A DNA stretch of 49,550 bases from positions 1-49,550 of the forward strand of contig JAQGDQ010000529.1 in assembly GCA_030141605.1 (NCBI GenBank), read 5' to 3'. The notes under the pieces were generated by a model. The model worked only from the letters and a program-made list of their open reading frames with translations. It did no database searches and was not told where the DNA came from. Source of the DNA: Tubiluchus corallicola (lineage: Eukaryota; Animalia; Priapulida). Positions 27,501 through 37,396 of this stretch are shown one piece after another. Position 1 is the first letter of the stretch. Each line of letters opens with the position of its first letter. The position numbers and the translations under genes are program-made.

Positions 27501-30500
27501 CGCCAAAACTTGTGTTTACCTCGCATCCGGAATGCTGTGTTATGGGGGTCTGGAATGGATAGCATTTGTTTATATTGTTTTCAATGCATCCGTTTATCAC
27601 ACTACCTGTGTCATGCGTCGTTTTTTATGCAGCTATTCCGCAAGTGGATAACGCATGCGCATACGGGATGTTAGGTAAACGCCACTTAACTATCAGTGCG
27701 GGTGTTTAAATTCACAAGTTTTATAATTTGCTGATACAAACTCTGCTAATATGTTTGCTAAAACAAACTACAAGCTCTGCTAATGTTTGCTAAAACAAGC
27801 CACAAGCTCTGCTAATACAATTGCTAACACAAGCTCTGCTAATATGTTTGCTAACACAAGCTCTGCTAATATGTTTGCTAAAACAAGCTCTGCTAATATG
27901 TTTGCTAAAACAAGCTCTGCTAATATGTTTGCTAAAACAAGCTCTCTTAATACATTTGCTAACCCAAGCTTTGCTAAAACGTTTGCTAATACAAGCTCTG
28001 CTAATACGTTTGCTAACACAAGCTCTGCTAATACGTTTGCTAAAACAAGCTCTGCTAATACGTTTGCTAAAACAAGCTCTGCTAATACGTTTGCTAATGC
28101 AAGCTCTGCTAATACGCTTGCTAAAACAAGCTCTGCTAAAGCGTTTGCTAACGCAAGCTACAAGCTCTGCTAATACGTTTGCTAAAACAAGCTCTGCTAA
28201 TACGTTTGCTAACGCAAGCTCTGCTAAAACAAGCTCTGCTAATACGTTTGCTAATGCAAGCTCTGCTAATACGTTTGCTAACGCAAGCTCTGCTAATACG
28301 TTTGCTAACACAAGCTCTGCTTATACGTTTGTTAAAACAAGCTCTGCTAATACGTTTGCTAACACAAGCTCTGCTAAAACGTTTGCTAACACAAGCTACA
28401 AGCTCTGCTAATACGTTTGCTAACACAAGCTCTGCTAAAACGTTTGCTAACACAAGCTCTGCTAATACGTTTGTTAAAACAAGCTCTGCTAATACGTTTG
28501 CTAACACAAGCTCTGCTAATACGTTTGCTAACACAAGCTCTGCTAAAACGTTTGCTAACACAAGCTCTGCTAATACGTTTGCTAACGCAAGCTCTGCTAA
28601 AACGTTTGCTAAAACAAGCTCTGCTAAAGCGTTTGCTAAAACAAGCTCTGCTAAAACATTTGCTAATGCAAGCCCTTTGTGTAGCCAGGCAGCAAGTAGG
28701 TGATACAAAATTTTACAGACGACCTTTTTTGTTTTTTCGTAAAAATATGTTTTCTTGTCCTCAAAGTCACTCAATTCGCTTTACCACGTGTATAGCATGA
28801 ATTGCTACATTAAACATACTTCGAAATATTTATGCTATTTAATTGTGATAACTGGCTCAAAAATTATAATATATAAAATTTACTAAGCTGAGTGTGCAAT
28901 TATTAAGACCGGTATAAAAATAGATTTAATGGGTCTACTCAATATTTTGTTTAAACTACTATCAAACTACCCTGACTCAGTTGTAAAAATTCACATAGGC
29001 AACTTGCATGATTCTTTGGTGGGCGGTCAAACGGCACCTGTCAAAGGATCACCAGTCAAACGAACACTGGTCAAAGGACCACCACTGACAAAGACTTGCC
29101 AATCAAACAACCACCTTCCACATCGTAAGAGTGGTCAAAGGACCACATGTCACAGGTGGATGGACTGTGGACTACTTAGTTAATTGTAGAGTTATTTGTA
29201 ATTTTGCTTTGCTAACATCCAGAATTTTTTTCTGTGTAACAGGGACCTCCAGGCCAATAAAATTAAGGATATAGACGATGACGCATTTGCAGAATTGACA
29301 GTGCTGAGGTCGCTGTGAGTATTAAGGCTTATTCACATTTATAAATCACAAAACGATAATGGCAACAATGTAAACACTGCTAAAAATGACTTGGGTGTCC
29401 CTAAATAAGCTTTTGTGCATGCTTTATTTCTGAAATGCAATTACGGATTTAAATAGAATAAAACTGTTATAAGTTTATTTTACAACAAAAAATGTTTTAC
29501 TTAAAATACGTCCATGCTTCACATTCACACTTGCTTTGACTTTTGTATTAAAATTTTTTAATTACCCCACTCAAAATTATGTGAAATTTGTTCTAATTAT
29601 TTATTAATTAATTCAGTGGTTGGAAATAAAGTAATAGCGTTGGAATTTTTTTTACTATGTCTTGATCACAACCGTTAGAAACTTTAAACTCACCCAAACG
29701 TCCCCAGTTCAAATCCATTTTTCTAATTTCCTTTTTTGGATTCCATAATCTAATAATATGTGTGTTTATTCTGGCAATCTTGTTACAATAATCTGCCTTT
29801 GTCTTCATCGTCCTCACCACTGGACCATTATCGTCTTTGTCGTCAACATCATCAACATTACCATCATCATTATCGTCATCGTTATCTTCATCATTACCGT
29901 CATTATTATCGTCATCTCTATAATTTTTGAATTTGGTCAACGTTTAAGCTTGACATTAATTTTCAGTTTCTGCCTGAAACTCTTGCCGTCAATTTTGTAG
30001 TAAATAATCCTAACCAGTCAGTAAAACTGTGTGTTTCCTCAAATGCCCGACGACTTGATTGGAGCTATAATTTAAAAACGTTCTGTGAAATTTAGTCTTA
30101 AGAATGCAGACTCCGCAAAGCTGCTGTTTTTTTTTTAAAACTAATATCTGCTCTTGATTAAGACTTTTCTACACACAGGAATTTGGGTGAAAACGAGTTT
30201 TCGTCTCTTCCCACCAGAGGGCTACAAAAGTTGAATTTGCTCATCACACAGGGCACGAAAACACTGAAAAACTTCCCCAGCTCAGATCATTTCCCAATAA
30301 TCGAGAGACTTCGGCTCTCCTACGCCTACCACTGCTGTGAATTCTTACAAGAGCACTCGCAGGAGACACCGGAACCGGAAATGAAGGAGGTGGTCGTGTG
30401 GCTAAATAGCAATCAGTACACGGATCCAGAAGTACTTAATAACATCACACAGGGTTTTAACTGGGATGAATATCCAGGTAAATTTTGTGTCATTTTCACA

Positions 30501-31850
30501 GCTTTAAATTTAGGGTTTATTTGTACGCAAACGAAGCAGCAGCAGCAGCAGCAGCAGCAGTAAAATGACTGTATAAAAACACCACTTATATTACCCGGCG
30601 CACACGAGGCAAAATCTGTGTGCAACAATGATCTGACACACATTTCTGTTGGAGTGTGTGCTCCATAAACAGTGTTTTACCCGGCGCACACGAGGCAAAA
30701 TCTGTGTGCAACAATGATCTGACACACATTTCTGTTGGAGTGTGTCCTCCATAAACAGTGTTTTACTCGGCGCACACGAGGCAAAATCTGTGTGCAACAA
30801 TGATCTGAAACACATTTCTGTTGGAGTGTGCGCTCCATAAACAGTGTTTTACCCGGCGCACACGAGGCAAAATCTGTGTGCAACAATGATCTGACACACA
30901 TTTCTGTTGGAGTGTGTGCTCCATAAGGTGATTTACCAACATTGCCACACACAGATTTTTACTAAATACTAATCGCAGAAAAGTGTATGCAGGAATGTGT
31001 GATAGAAACTACCTTGCATAAAATCTGCGCGCACACGACAACTAAGCACAATAAATTTATCTGATGACACGTGACAAATTGATTGCGTTTTAATCGTTTC
31101 GTCTGGTTTTGTCAGATTTTTTGGAGCAGGATGAGTTTTTGTGACACAGGAAATTAAGCACGTTGATCTGCCTGCGGTAAGGTTGGAAAAACAGCGTTTA
31201 ATGAGCTTGCACACGAGCAAACAACAGTGTCATACAAGTTGTTGCATACAGCTTTTGCCTCGCATGAGACGGGTGAAATATGCTTAGTTTTCTTTCTCAG
31301 ACAAACTCTCATTCTGCTTCCGTGTGGATAGGCCCATAGCAGTTTGCACCAGACAAAACCAGACCAGACCAGTAAAAAGCAACCCTTCTGTTAATTTGGT
31401 AAATGTTTACTGTAGTTACCCTAACAATGTTTGATTCATGCTAAAGTTGCTGCATACCTGTAAATTTTGTTTGTTTGTATACTTTATTGCATGGAAATTT
31501 TATGTCGTACGAGTATTGCATAACTAATTATATCACTTTGCTTGTGACAGAGACAGAAATTAGAGACTTAGCGCCTTTAACTATACATACAGGCCTTGGC
31601 CCACCCATGCGATATACTTTACGTAGAACAACGTACAGATTCGATACAATAATTATCGAAGTTTTACCTGCAGGTCACCATTTTGTTTTTCCCGGATATA
31701 TGTGTGAATGCTAGCTTCCGCTGCTTGACGACAACAACAACAACAATGCCAACAACAACACCATCACCACCAACAACAACAACACCATCACCAACACCAC
31801 CCACCACCACCACCAACAACAACACCATCATCACCACCATCGCCACCAAC

Positions 31851-31885
<35 letters not shown>

Positions 31886-32561
31886 CATCACCACCACCAA
31901 CAACAACAACAACAACAATTAACAACAAAAACGACAACAACAACAACAACAACAACGCCAAAAACAACACCATCACCAACAACAACGCCAACAACAACCT
32001 TAACAACTTCAGAAGCAGTAGTAAAAACACGAGCAATATATTCACCTCTATTAATTGTAACAGACAATGTTGCAATATCTTGTTTCCTGACTCAATGAGG
32101 CTTTACGATCTATTTTCGTGCTTTCTCACAATGACGATATTTGTAACTGAGAAACCTTGCAAGTTCAGATTCGTCATTAGAACACGAAAATGTTTTTGAT
32201 TATTGCGGTAAACACTTAATGGAAAAATCCCGCAGAAAAGGAAAGACTGTGCACTATATTCAGTTGTAAAAGAAAACAAACAAAAAACTCACAAGTCACA
32301 TGAACGGATTAGTAAAAACGCAACAATACAACGACTATAGGACGATGGTAATTTCTTGTAAAAGGCTTCTTATGCATGCGTGTCTGTGTGTGTGTGTGCG
32401 TGTGTGCATGTGTGTTTGTAAGCACGTGCGTGTGGGTCGGTGGTTGAGTGCATGCATGCACATGTGTGTGCATGCGTGTGCATGTGTGTGTGTTTGCGTG
32501 TGCATGTGTGCATGTGTGTGTAAGCACGTGCTTGTGGGTCGGTGGCTGAGTGCATGCGTGC

Positions 32562-32594
<33 letters not shown>

Positions 32595-32740
32595 TGTGCA
32601 TGTATGTATGTTTGCGTGTGTGTGTAAGCACGTGCATGTGGGTCGGTGGCTGAGTGCATGCGTGCGCGTGTATGTGTGTGTGTGCGTGTGTAAGCACGTG
32701 CATGTGGGTCGGTGGTTGAGTGCATGCGTGCGCATGTTAG

Positions 32741-32806
<66 letters not shown>

Positions 32807-35800
32807 GGTTACGAAGACTGTTAAAAATGTATTGCATGACAAGAGAACATCGCAGTTTGTGAGCTGTTCTGTTCCATTGAATAAAAGGACAAGTCGCTTA
32901 TCATTTTGAGTCCATTTTACTGGTATCCCTTAACTGTGTCAAAGAAATTTGCAAGACTCTGTTTAAAAAGCATCAAGTTAATTTATTCTACTGTGTTCAG
33001 GCGCCGTGGTAGCCACCATTTATTTGAAAATTATCACGTAACTGGTGGATTTTGTGAATTTTCGTGAGCGTATCCTGGCTTTCAGTAAGCACTGCTTAAA
33101 CAAATTAAAACCTCTGCAACTTACCTAACATGTTCATGCAAAAATATCACAAAATTATCTACCTAAGTTGTTTTTATAAAAAGTTTTTATTCTTTAGACG
33201 GAAAATAACAATAGGCTACTTTTCTTCAGCCGATGAATGACGTCATTGGTGGAAGAATGAGCAGTCAAAATACTAGCACCAAGAGTGAAGTGATCACGAC
33301 TTTAATGTGATTTTATTAGTTAAACGAAGCGTTTATCACACTAAATCCTTCTGGCATGTTACGCGAACATTGGAATAAGATTGGTCTGACCTTCCTTCTA
33401 AATACAAAGCAATGTTTTGTTTAGAGTATTTAGACTTAAATCGCTTGGCGCTGCGACGTTATTAACTATGAATTATGAATTTAATTTTTCACACGTCAAA
33501 ATACAATGTTGTACACATAAATAAACAATAAATAAAATGATTTGAGTAGTGTGAGGTGAGTGTACGACCATACAGTCATTAACACACTCACCTTACTTAA
33601 ATGAAAATGAAAAAATTATTAAAGTTATGCGTGCTTTTGTAGATGAGTTAATGTAATAAAGTAAATGATGTAATAATAGCAAGGAAACATAGGGAAAACA
33701 TAATATGTAATTACGATTTTGAAATAGGCTGCGATGAATGAATAATTTCATTTAAAATTGTTTATACCTTTTACTAATAAAACAACAAAGGTCGTAATGG
33801 TACCTATTAGTAAAAGAAAAACATTAGTGCAAAAAGACACACGTGCACAAAAAAGAGAAAAAACCTCTGGTTTTCTACGCCAATGAATATTTACTTAGTA
33901 AAAATATCTTATATTGTTTGGTAGCTATTTGTAAAGAAGGAGAGGAAATGATTGTATTAGGTACGTGTTAAAATGTATTAAAATGATTAAAATGTTAAAA
34001 TGTATTAAATTGTATTAAAATGATTCACAGTACACGTATTTTACTGCATGACTAACTGAAGCTTCTAAGTCAGAATTTAGTAAATTCTATTTTTTACAGT
34101 CAACATTTCACATTTTGATGAACTGGTTGATGATATTTGGTCCAGTTTTGGTGATGACTATCAGTACCGCAACGTGTCGCAAGACGCACAGTATTTTCTG
34201 AATGACTACTTTCCACAGCACAATGTTGAGGACATCAAAGCATACCGACCACCAATCACCTGCATCCCCGAACCAGGTGAGTGAGTAATTTTATTAGCAG
34301 CTCATCTGACTATAAGAAATACCATTTTTGCACAATTTTGTAGCTTTTTTACTTTATAGCTTTTACAAGGAATTTCAAAAGAAACAGCTCAACTGTAAGT
34401 GCCACAACCATATGCTAATGTTACACTATATAAATTCCAAAGAATGTAACCATACTAATATAATACCATATATAAGTTGTATGTTATTTGGAAGATATTT
34501 GGAATTTTGAATAAAGGCGCAAAAGTATAGTTGTTTTTACAGCATTTTGATGTCATATTGCCATCAAGTTTCCCTTTGTCGTAATTTTAATCCTATTTTT
34601 TGGAACACCCTTTACGTTAGAGCTGTTGCAGTTACTTGCAGATGTAAATGTTTAAGAAAAGAAGAATCTTTACTTCTTCTTCGCCTAGTATTTTTATTAT
34701 CTCTTAAAAATACATTTGTAAAGAAATTAATGTAGCCCAGTTCACGTCTCTTTTTACGAAAAGACAATAATTTTTGTTATTAAAACACCACAAATTTTAT
34801 TAAAACTTTAATTTACAACTGTTTAAAAGTTTGTCCAAACGGTTCGACAGCAATTAGCTGTCATCATCGGTGGTACACTATACGAACAGCAACCAGTTTA
34901 AATAGACAGAGCCTACAGTATAGAAAATTCGCACTAATTATGTGTTTATGCACTGCAGGCTCTGCCTATTTAAACTAGTTTGCTGTTTGTAATAGTGTAC
35001 CACAAATTGGACATGTTTATCAGCTGATTGTAGTCGAAACGTTTGGACATGTTTTTAAACAGTTGTAAATTAAATTTTTAACAAAAGTTATGTTGTTTTA
35101 ATAATGAATGCTTTGAAGTGCCTGTGTAAATTGACTTGAATAACTTTTCTCGTTTCTTGCAGATCCGTTCCAGCCATGCGGGGACTTATTTGGCTGGTGG
35201 TCGCTTCGCGTTGGCATCTGGTTCGTTTTCATGCTAGCGATTCTTGGCAATGGTACAGTGATCTTAGTCATCCTAGCCAGCACCACAAAGATCGACGTTC
35301 CTCGCTTTCTTATCTGCAACCTTGCCTGTGCAGATTTCCTGATGGGTGTGTACCTTGGCTTCTTGGCTGTTGTTGATGCAACCACTCTTGGAGAGTTCAA
35401 GATTTACGGGATTGCATGGCAGACCAGCATTGGATGTCACGTTGCTGGATTTATTGGTGTATTTAGCAGTGAGTTGTCTGTGTACACGTTAACTGTGATC
35501 ACGTTGGAACGCCACTACGCGATCACTAATGCCATGCACACGAAGAGAGTACCTCTTCGACACGCTGCAGCCACCATGGTAAGTGGGTGGCTTTGCATGA
35601 TTGTCATGGCAATCCTTCCCCTGGTGGGAGTTAGCAGTTATGAGAAGTTTGCAGTTTGCTTGCCATTCGAAACGAGCGACACCATATCGAAGTCGTACGT
35701 TGTGTTCATCATGATCATCAATGGTATTGCCTTCGCCATCATTCTCACATGTTACTCCAAGATGTACTGGTCAGTTAGAGGTTCTGCTGCCTGGAATTCT

Positions 35801-36766
35801 CATGATTCCCGCATTGCTAAGAGGATGGCTATCCTGGTCTTTACTGACTTTCTTTCCTGGGCTCCTATAGCCTTTCTGGCACTCACTGCTGCCTTTGGCA
35901 GGACACTAGTGTCACTTAATGAAGCCAAAATATTCACAATATTCGTGCTGCCACTGAATTCCTTTGCCAACCCGTTTTTATATGCCATCTTTACTAAACA
36001 GTTTAAAAAAGACTGCATGACTATATGTAAACGTCTTGAGGTCACTTCTCTTGGGCGGGTGATATCACAGTTTCAACAGCTTCATTTTTCTAATGTCAGT
36101 TTTTCTCGACGAGCGTCAGCATACATCAATAATGCTGAAGGAAGGCAAGCATTTGAGACGGTTTCATCTCCAGCAAACAACAACGCAGCACCGAAAATGA
36201 TGAAGACACAACACAAAAATCTTGAAAGCCATGATCCTCCTTCAGTGTACCACTCCGCAGAATGCCTCCATTCAGAAGAGCACTCTGGCTCGTATGTTAG
36301 TACAGCTAGCGAAGCACCGATTCACTTCAAACAGTCCACACAACAGGGTGTTGCTGATGCTGCTGCAAGCGATACTTTGACAGCAGCTTCACATCAGACA
36401 TTCGTGACTGCATTAAGAAGAATTTCAGAAACACCAACTGTGCACAGCGAAGGGTCAGATTCTCCACTACTGAATGTAGCCTCCACCAACTCCAGGAGCA
36501 ACAATTCCTGGTCCAAACTATGGAGCAGTTGGTCTCAGTTCAGGCTTTTCAAACCCGATGTAGTTGTTTCATCTGTAGACGCTGAACAACACGATGTTAT
36601 TACTAAAAGTGTTGACGAAACATCCAATCAATTGAGCACAGTGCCGGAATCAAAAGAAAGCAGTTCCAGCGCGGATGAAACAAAATTTACAAAAATCATT
36701 ATCACTGATAAAACTAATGATGTAATAATGCAAATGAGGCAGCTCCCACATCAAAATAAGCACTAG
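1001..36766 (+). CDS. rk: Type-B LGR / bursicon-receptor (rickets, LGR2)-like GPCR, 5'-partial, 12 exons: 1001-1072, 5598-5669, 7605-7676, 14285-14356, 22374-22517, 24241-24381, 25873-25938, 26465-26608, 29243-29314, 30179-30477, 34100-34276, 35163-36766
   Basis: All internal splice junctions are AG/GT and the phases join into one frame (2935 nt, about 977 aa). LRR exons are phase-2, 66-144 nt. Motifs FPDLNGT..LTMDRCAIESIP..LC, LSYAYHCCEF, CIPEPDPFQPCGDLFGWWSLR and 7TM DVPRFLICNLACADF, SELSVYTLTVITLER, KFAVCLPFET, NPFLY match recalled rickets/LGR2 sequence. Confidence 0.9.
1128..1416. repeat. Compound (CGT)n/(CAT)n/(CAG) microsatellite
   Basis: Direct reading. Confidence 0.97.
1500..1760. 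mobile_element. Fragment of Kolobok-like MITE family K2
   Basis: gcgggagtttaaattt.caag...gcgttactg..aa..caagc shared with 26318-26420. Confidence 0.55.
2204..2654. mobile_element. MITE with about 65-bp imperfect inverted ends
   Basis: attcatg...tttcgttgtcttaagcgggat at the left end is the reverse complement of atcccacttaagacaacgaaa...catgaat at the right end. Confidence 0.7.
2688..3420. repeat. (CAG)n / (TAG)n microsatellite block
   Basis: Direct reading. Confidence 0.97.
4108..4390. mobile_element. Kolobok-like MITE (family K2)
   Basis: TTAA|AGGGGAGGC...CTTGCCCT|TTAA; internal ctgactcacc motif shared with the 25993 and 46193 copies. Confidence 0.65.
4409..5150 (-). mobile_element. CR1/L2-like LINE 3' end, containing three tandem copies of about 56 bp (4699-4859)
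   Basis: Minus-strand ISYMGPVLWNRL..SLSTFKK; AATAAA plus short repeat tail near 4409-4440. Confidence 0.6.
5598..5669 (+). CDS. LGR LRR exon (NLGFNFIRQLRDGDFSKNTQLKIL)
   Basis: tttcag|...|gtaagt, 72 nt, phase 2. Confidence 0.9.
5842..6794. mobile_element. Kolobok-like MITE (family K1), interrupted at 5871-6278
   Basis: TTAA|AGGAAAG...CTTTCCT|TTAA; reverse-complement homologue of 25223-25767. Confidence 0.75.
5871..6278 (+). mobile_element. Solo-LTR-like element with AGT...ACT ends
   Basis: 5-bp TSD TATGG (5866-5870 / 6279-6283); internal AATAAA; homologous to 6820-7193. Confidence 0.65.
6820..7193 (-). mobile_element. Solo-LTR-like element with AGTAAAA...TTTTACT ends
   Basis: 5-bp TSD TGAAG (6815-6819 / 7194-7198); minus-strand TATAA then AATAAA. 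Confidence 0.7.
7605..7676 (+). CDS. LGR LRR exon (KLSHNLIEDISQHAFQGLINVEEL)
   Basis: ttttcag|...|gtgagt, 72 nt, phase 2. Confidence 0.9.
7690..9415. repeat. Pentamer-based (GATGT/GATCT/TAGTG) satellite
   Basis: Direct reading; source of the His-rich artefact ORFs. Confidence 0.95.
10482..11220 (-). mobile_element. Degenerate CR1-like LINE (RT end plus C-terminal Zn-finger region)
   Basis: LRLQADDTSL, WLVTFNPAKTE, TRMRVGFNQLNSDLFSK; same family as 19425-20256. Confidence 0.8.
11440..11835. mobile_element. Inverted fragments of MITE family K2
   Basis: Reverse complement of motifs at 25993-26420 and 46193-46300. Confidence 0.5.
12274..12468. repeat. 99-bp tandem duplication
   Basis: taactgcttgaaagtac... 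at 12274 and 12373. Confidence 0.9.
12482..13577. repeat. 56-bp minisatellite, about 19 copies
   Basis: Unit caggttttaatgtatctttcttctgcggtttctaaactttgtgttgtgttcttttc. Confidence 0.95.
14285..14356 (+). CDS. LGR LRR exon (GLQNNKLSSLSPEVLEQLPQLRIL)
   Basis: tttttcag|...|gtaagc, 72 nt, phase 2. Confidence 0.88.
14830..15550. repeat. Complex polypyrimidine (CT)-rich repeat with higher-order duplication
   Basis: Direct reading. Confidence 0.95.
16405..18905. repeat. 44/45-bp minisatellite, about 56 copies
   Basis: Unit gtggatggagtccctagggtttcctcttcgccacaaatacagaa(a). Confidence 0.97.
19425..20256 (+). mobile_element. 5'-truncated CR1-like LINE with intact C-terminal ORF piece (19507-20001)
   Basis: WNNLP, CNCG..ESVEHFLLHCPLY Zn-knuckle, AATAAA plus (TAAAC) tail, 13-bp TSD AAAGACAGTAAAC (19412-19424 / 20257-20269). 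Confidence 0.88.
21319..21835. repeat. 28-bp minisatellite, about 18 copies
   Basis: Unit cagtgacaatctgtgattgttgtgttat. Confidence 0.95.
22374..22517 (+). CDS. LGR double-LRR exon (DFSNNKLEYIADRTF...GNPIERVGHYAFSQLPYLKSL)
   Basis: ttgcag|...|gtgagt, 144 nt, phase 2. Confidence 0.92.
22575..22975. repeat. Tandem duplication of about 195 bp with (CAT)/(GTT) microsatellites
   Basis: ttcgccgctgcttcagcaacatcatgtcg occurs twice. Confidence 0.8.
23345..24090. repeat. 83-bp minisatellite, about 9 copies
   Basis: Period 83 (23345, 23428, 23511...). Confidence 0.95.
24241..24381 (+). CDS. LGR double-LRR exon (HLSEAFRQITFPDLNGT...LCNVLPVLRSL)
   Basis: ttag|...|gtaagt, 141 nt; FPDLxGT and Cys-containing LRR typical of type-B LGRs. 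Confidence 0.92.
24447..24600 (+). mobile_element. Possible tRNA-derived SINE
   Basis: A-box-like TGGCCTAATAG and B-box-like GGTCGAACTCC at tRNA-like spacing; degenerate. Confidence 0.4.
25223..25767. mobile_element. Kolobok-like MITE (family K1), complete
   Basis: TTAA|AGGAAAG...CTTTCCT|TTAA. Confidence 0.8.
25873..25938 (+). CDS. LGR short LRR exon (ILHSNNIKEIPDMTNCSQLRIL)
   Basis: tgtcag|...|gtgagt, 66 nt; 22-aa LRR carrying the partner Cys. Confidence 0.9.
25993..26457. mobile_element. Kolobok-like MITE (family K2)
   Basis: TTAA|AGGGGAAG...CTTTCCT|TTAC; several homologues in the window. Confidence 0.7.
26465..26608 (+). CDS. LGR double-LRR exon (HLGFNEIRAIPDG...LKGLTSLQSL)
   Basis: ttaccag|...|gtacgt, 144 nt. 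Confidence 0.92.
27730..28675. repeat. 27-bp minisatellite inside a K2 MITE fragment (about 27697-28745)
   Basis: Unit caagctctgctaatacgtttgctaa(c/a)a; both flanks match K2 internal sequence. Confidence 0.92.
29243..29314 (+). CDS. LGR LRR exon (DLQANKIKDIDDDAFAELTVLRSL)
   Basis: taacag|...|gtgagt, 72 nt. Confidence 0.92.
30179..30477 (+). CDS. LGR last LRRs plus hinge start (LSYAYHCCEF)
   Basis: cacag|...|gtaaat, 299 nt, phase 2 to 1. Confidence 0.93.
30594..31273. mobile_element. Harbinger-like MITE whose left end is tandemly repeated 4 x 86 bp
   Basis: Left CCCGGCGCACACGAGGCAAAATCTGTGTGCAACAA vs right TTGTTGCATACAGCTTTTGCCTCGCATGAGACGGG; units at 30594, 30680, 30766, 30852. Confidence 0.75.
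31728..32005. repeat. (CAA)/(CAC) microsatellite
   Basis: Direct reading. Confidence 0.95.
32372..32802. repeat. (TG)-rich compound repeat with four gtgggtcggtgg(c/t)tgagtgcatg units, then (TA)n
   Basis: Direct reading. Confidence 0.93.
32995..33396. mobile_element. Partial K1 MITE copy
   Basis: Colinear with 25360-25767. Confidence 0.7.
34100..34276 (+). CDS. LGR hinge exon (…IWSSFGDDYQY…PITCIPEP)
   Basis: tttacag|...|gtgagt, 177 nt, phase 1 to 1. Confidence 0.9.
34777..35104. mobile_element. Foldback (palindromic) MITE-like element
   Basis: Arms of about 150 bp: aatttacaactgtttaaaa / ttttaaacagttgtaaatt, ggtacacta / tagtgtacc, tttaaatag.cagagcct / aggctctgcctatttaaa. Confidence 0.8.
35163..36766 (+). 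CDS. LGR terminal exon: hinge end, 7TM domain and long Ser/Thr-rich C-tail
   Basis: cttgcag acceptor, in frame with ORF 35231-36766; seven hydrophobic segments, rhodopsin-family motifs, TAG stop. Confidence 0.96.
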
Positions 36767-37396
36767 AACTATTGAGAAGGATATCTCTGCTGTTCTGATG
36801 GCGTGGTCATAGTTATCTCGCCTCAGCTTTAACGTGTTGCCAGATAAAAAAATTAAACGTTACAAGATCTACCTATGATGGAAGAAAGTAACGTAACGTG
36901 TAAAGAGTTTTGAACACTTGAGAACAGAACTGACACGAGTGAACATGTTGGAAGTAATCCAGAACAAAAGTGTTGCTCAAAAAATGAAGCCAAGTGCAAT
37001 CATTTTAAAAAACCAAACGCACAACGGTGCACCCATCCAAGGAAATTTCCTCATCACCTGCATTCTTGCAGTCTGTCAATCAGTGTAAAAACTGTGATAT
37101 TGTGAATACAAAAATGATTACCCATTCATGAAGTGGCAAAGAAGTCAGAAAATTTAATGTTTGCTGTAAGTTGAACAATAGTACAGACGCAAAAATTACA
37201 TCTGACACAGCAGCAGCAAGGCTGCAAGCAAAAACGTTGGTGTTTTAGATCCAAAAAGAAAATGGATGATACATACACAACGTAAAACTTGCTGATCAAA
37301 ATTTGCTCAGGACGAGTGTTATTATTGAACCGATTGTCAAAATGTAACTTAACTGTTTTACCTAAAATTTGCAGTGATGTTCTCTGCCAATTTGAC

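Noticed and set aside
27780-28800. LANVLAELV / TSSANTFAK repeat proteins (antifreeze-like appearance)
   Set aside because: 27-bp satellite open on both strands, with no splice or start context and derived from a MITE.
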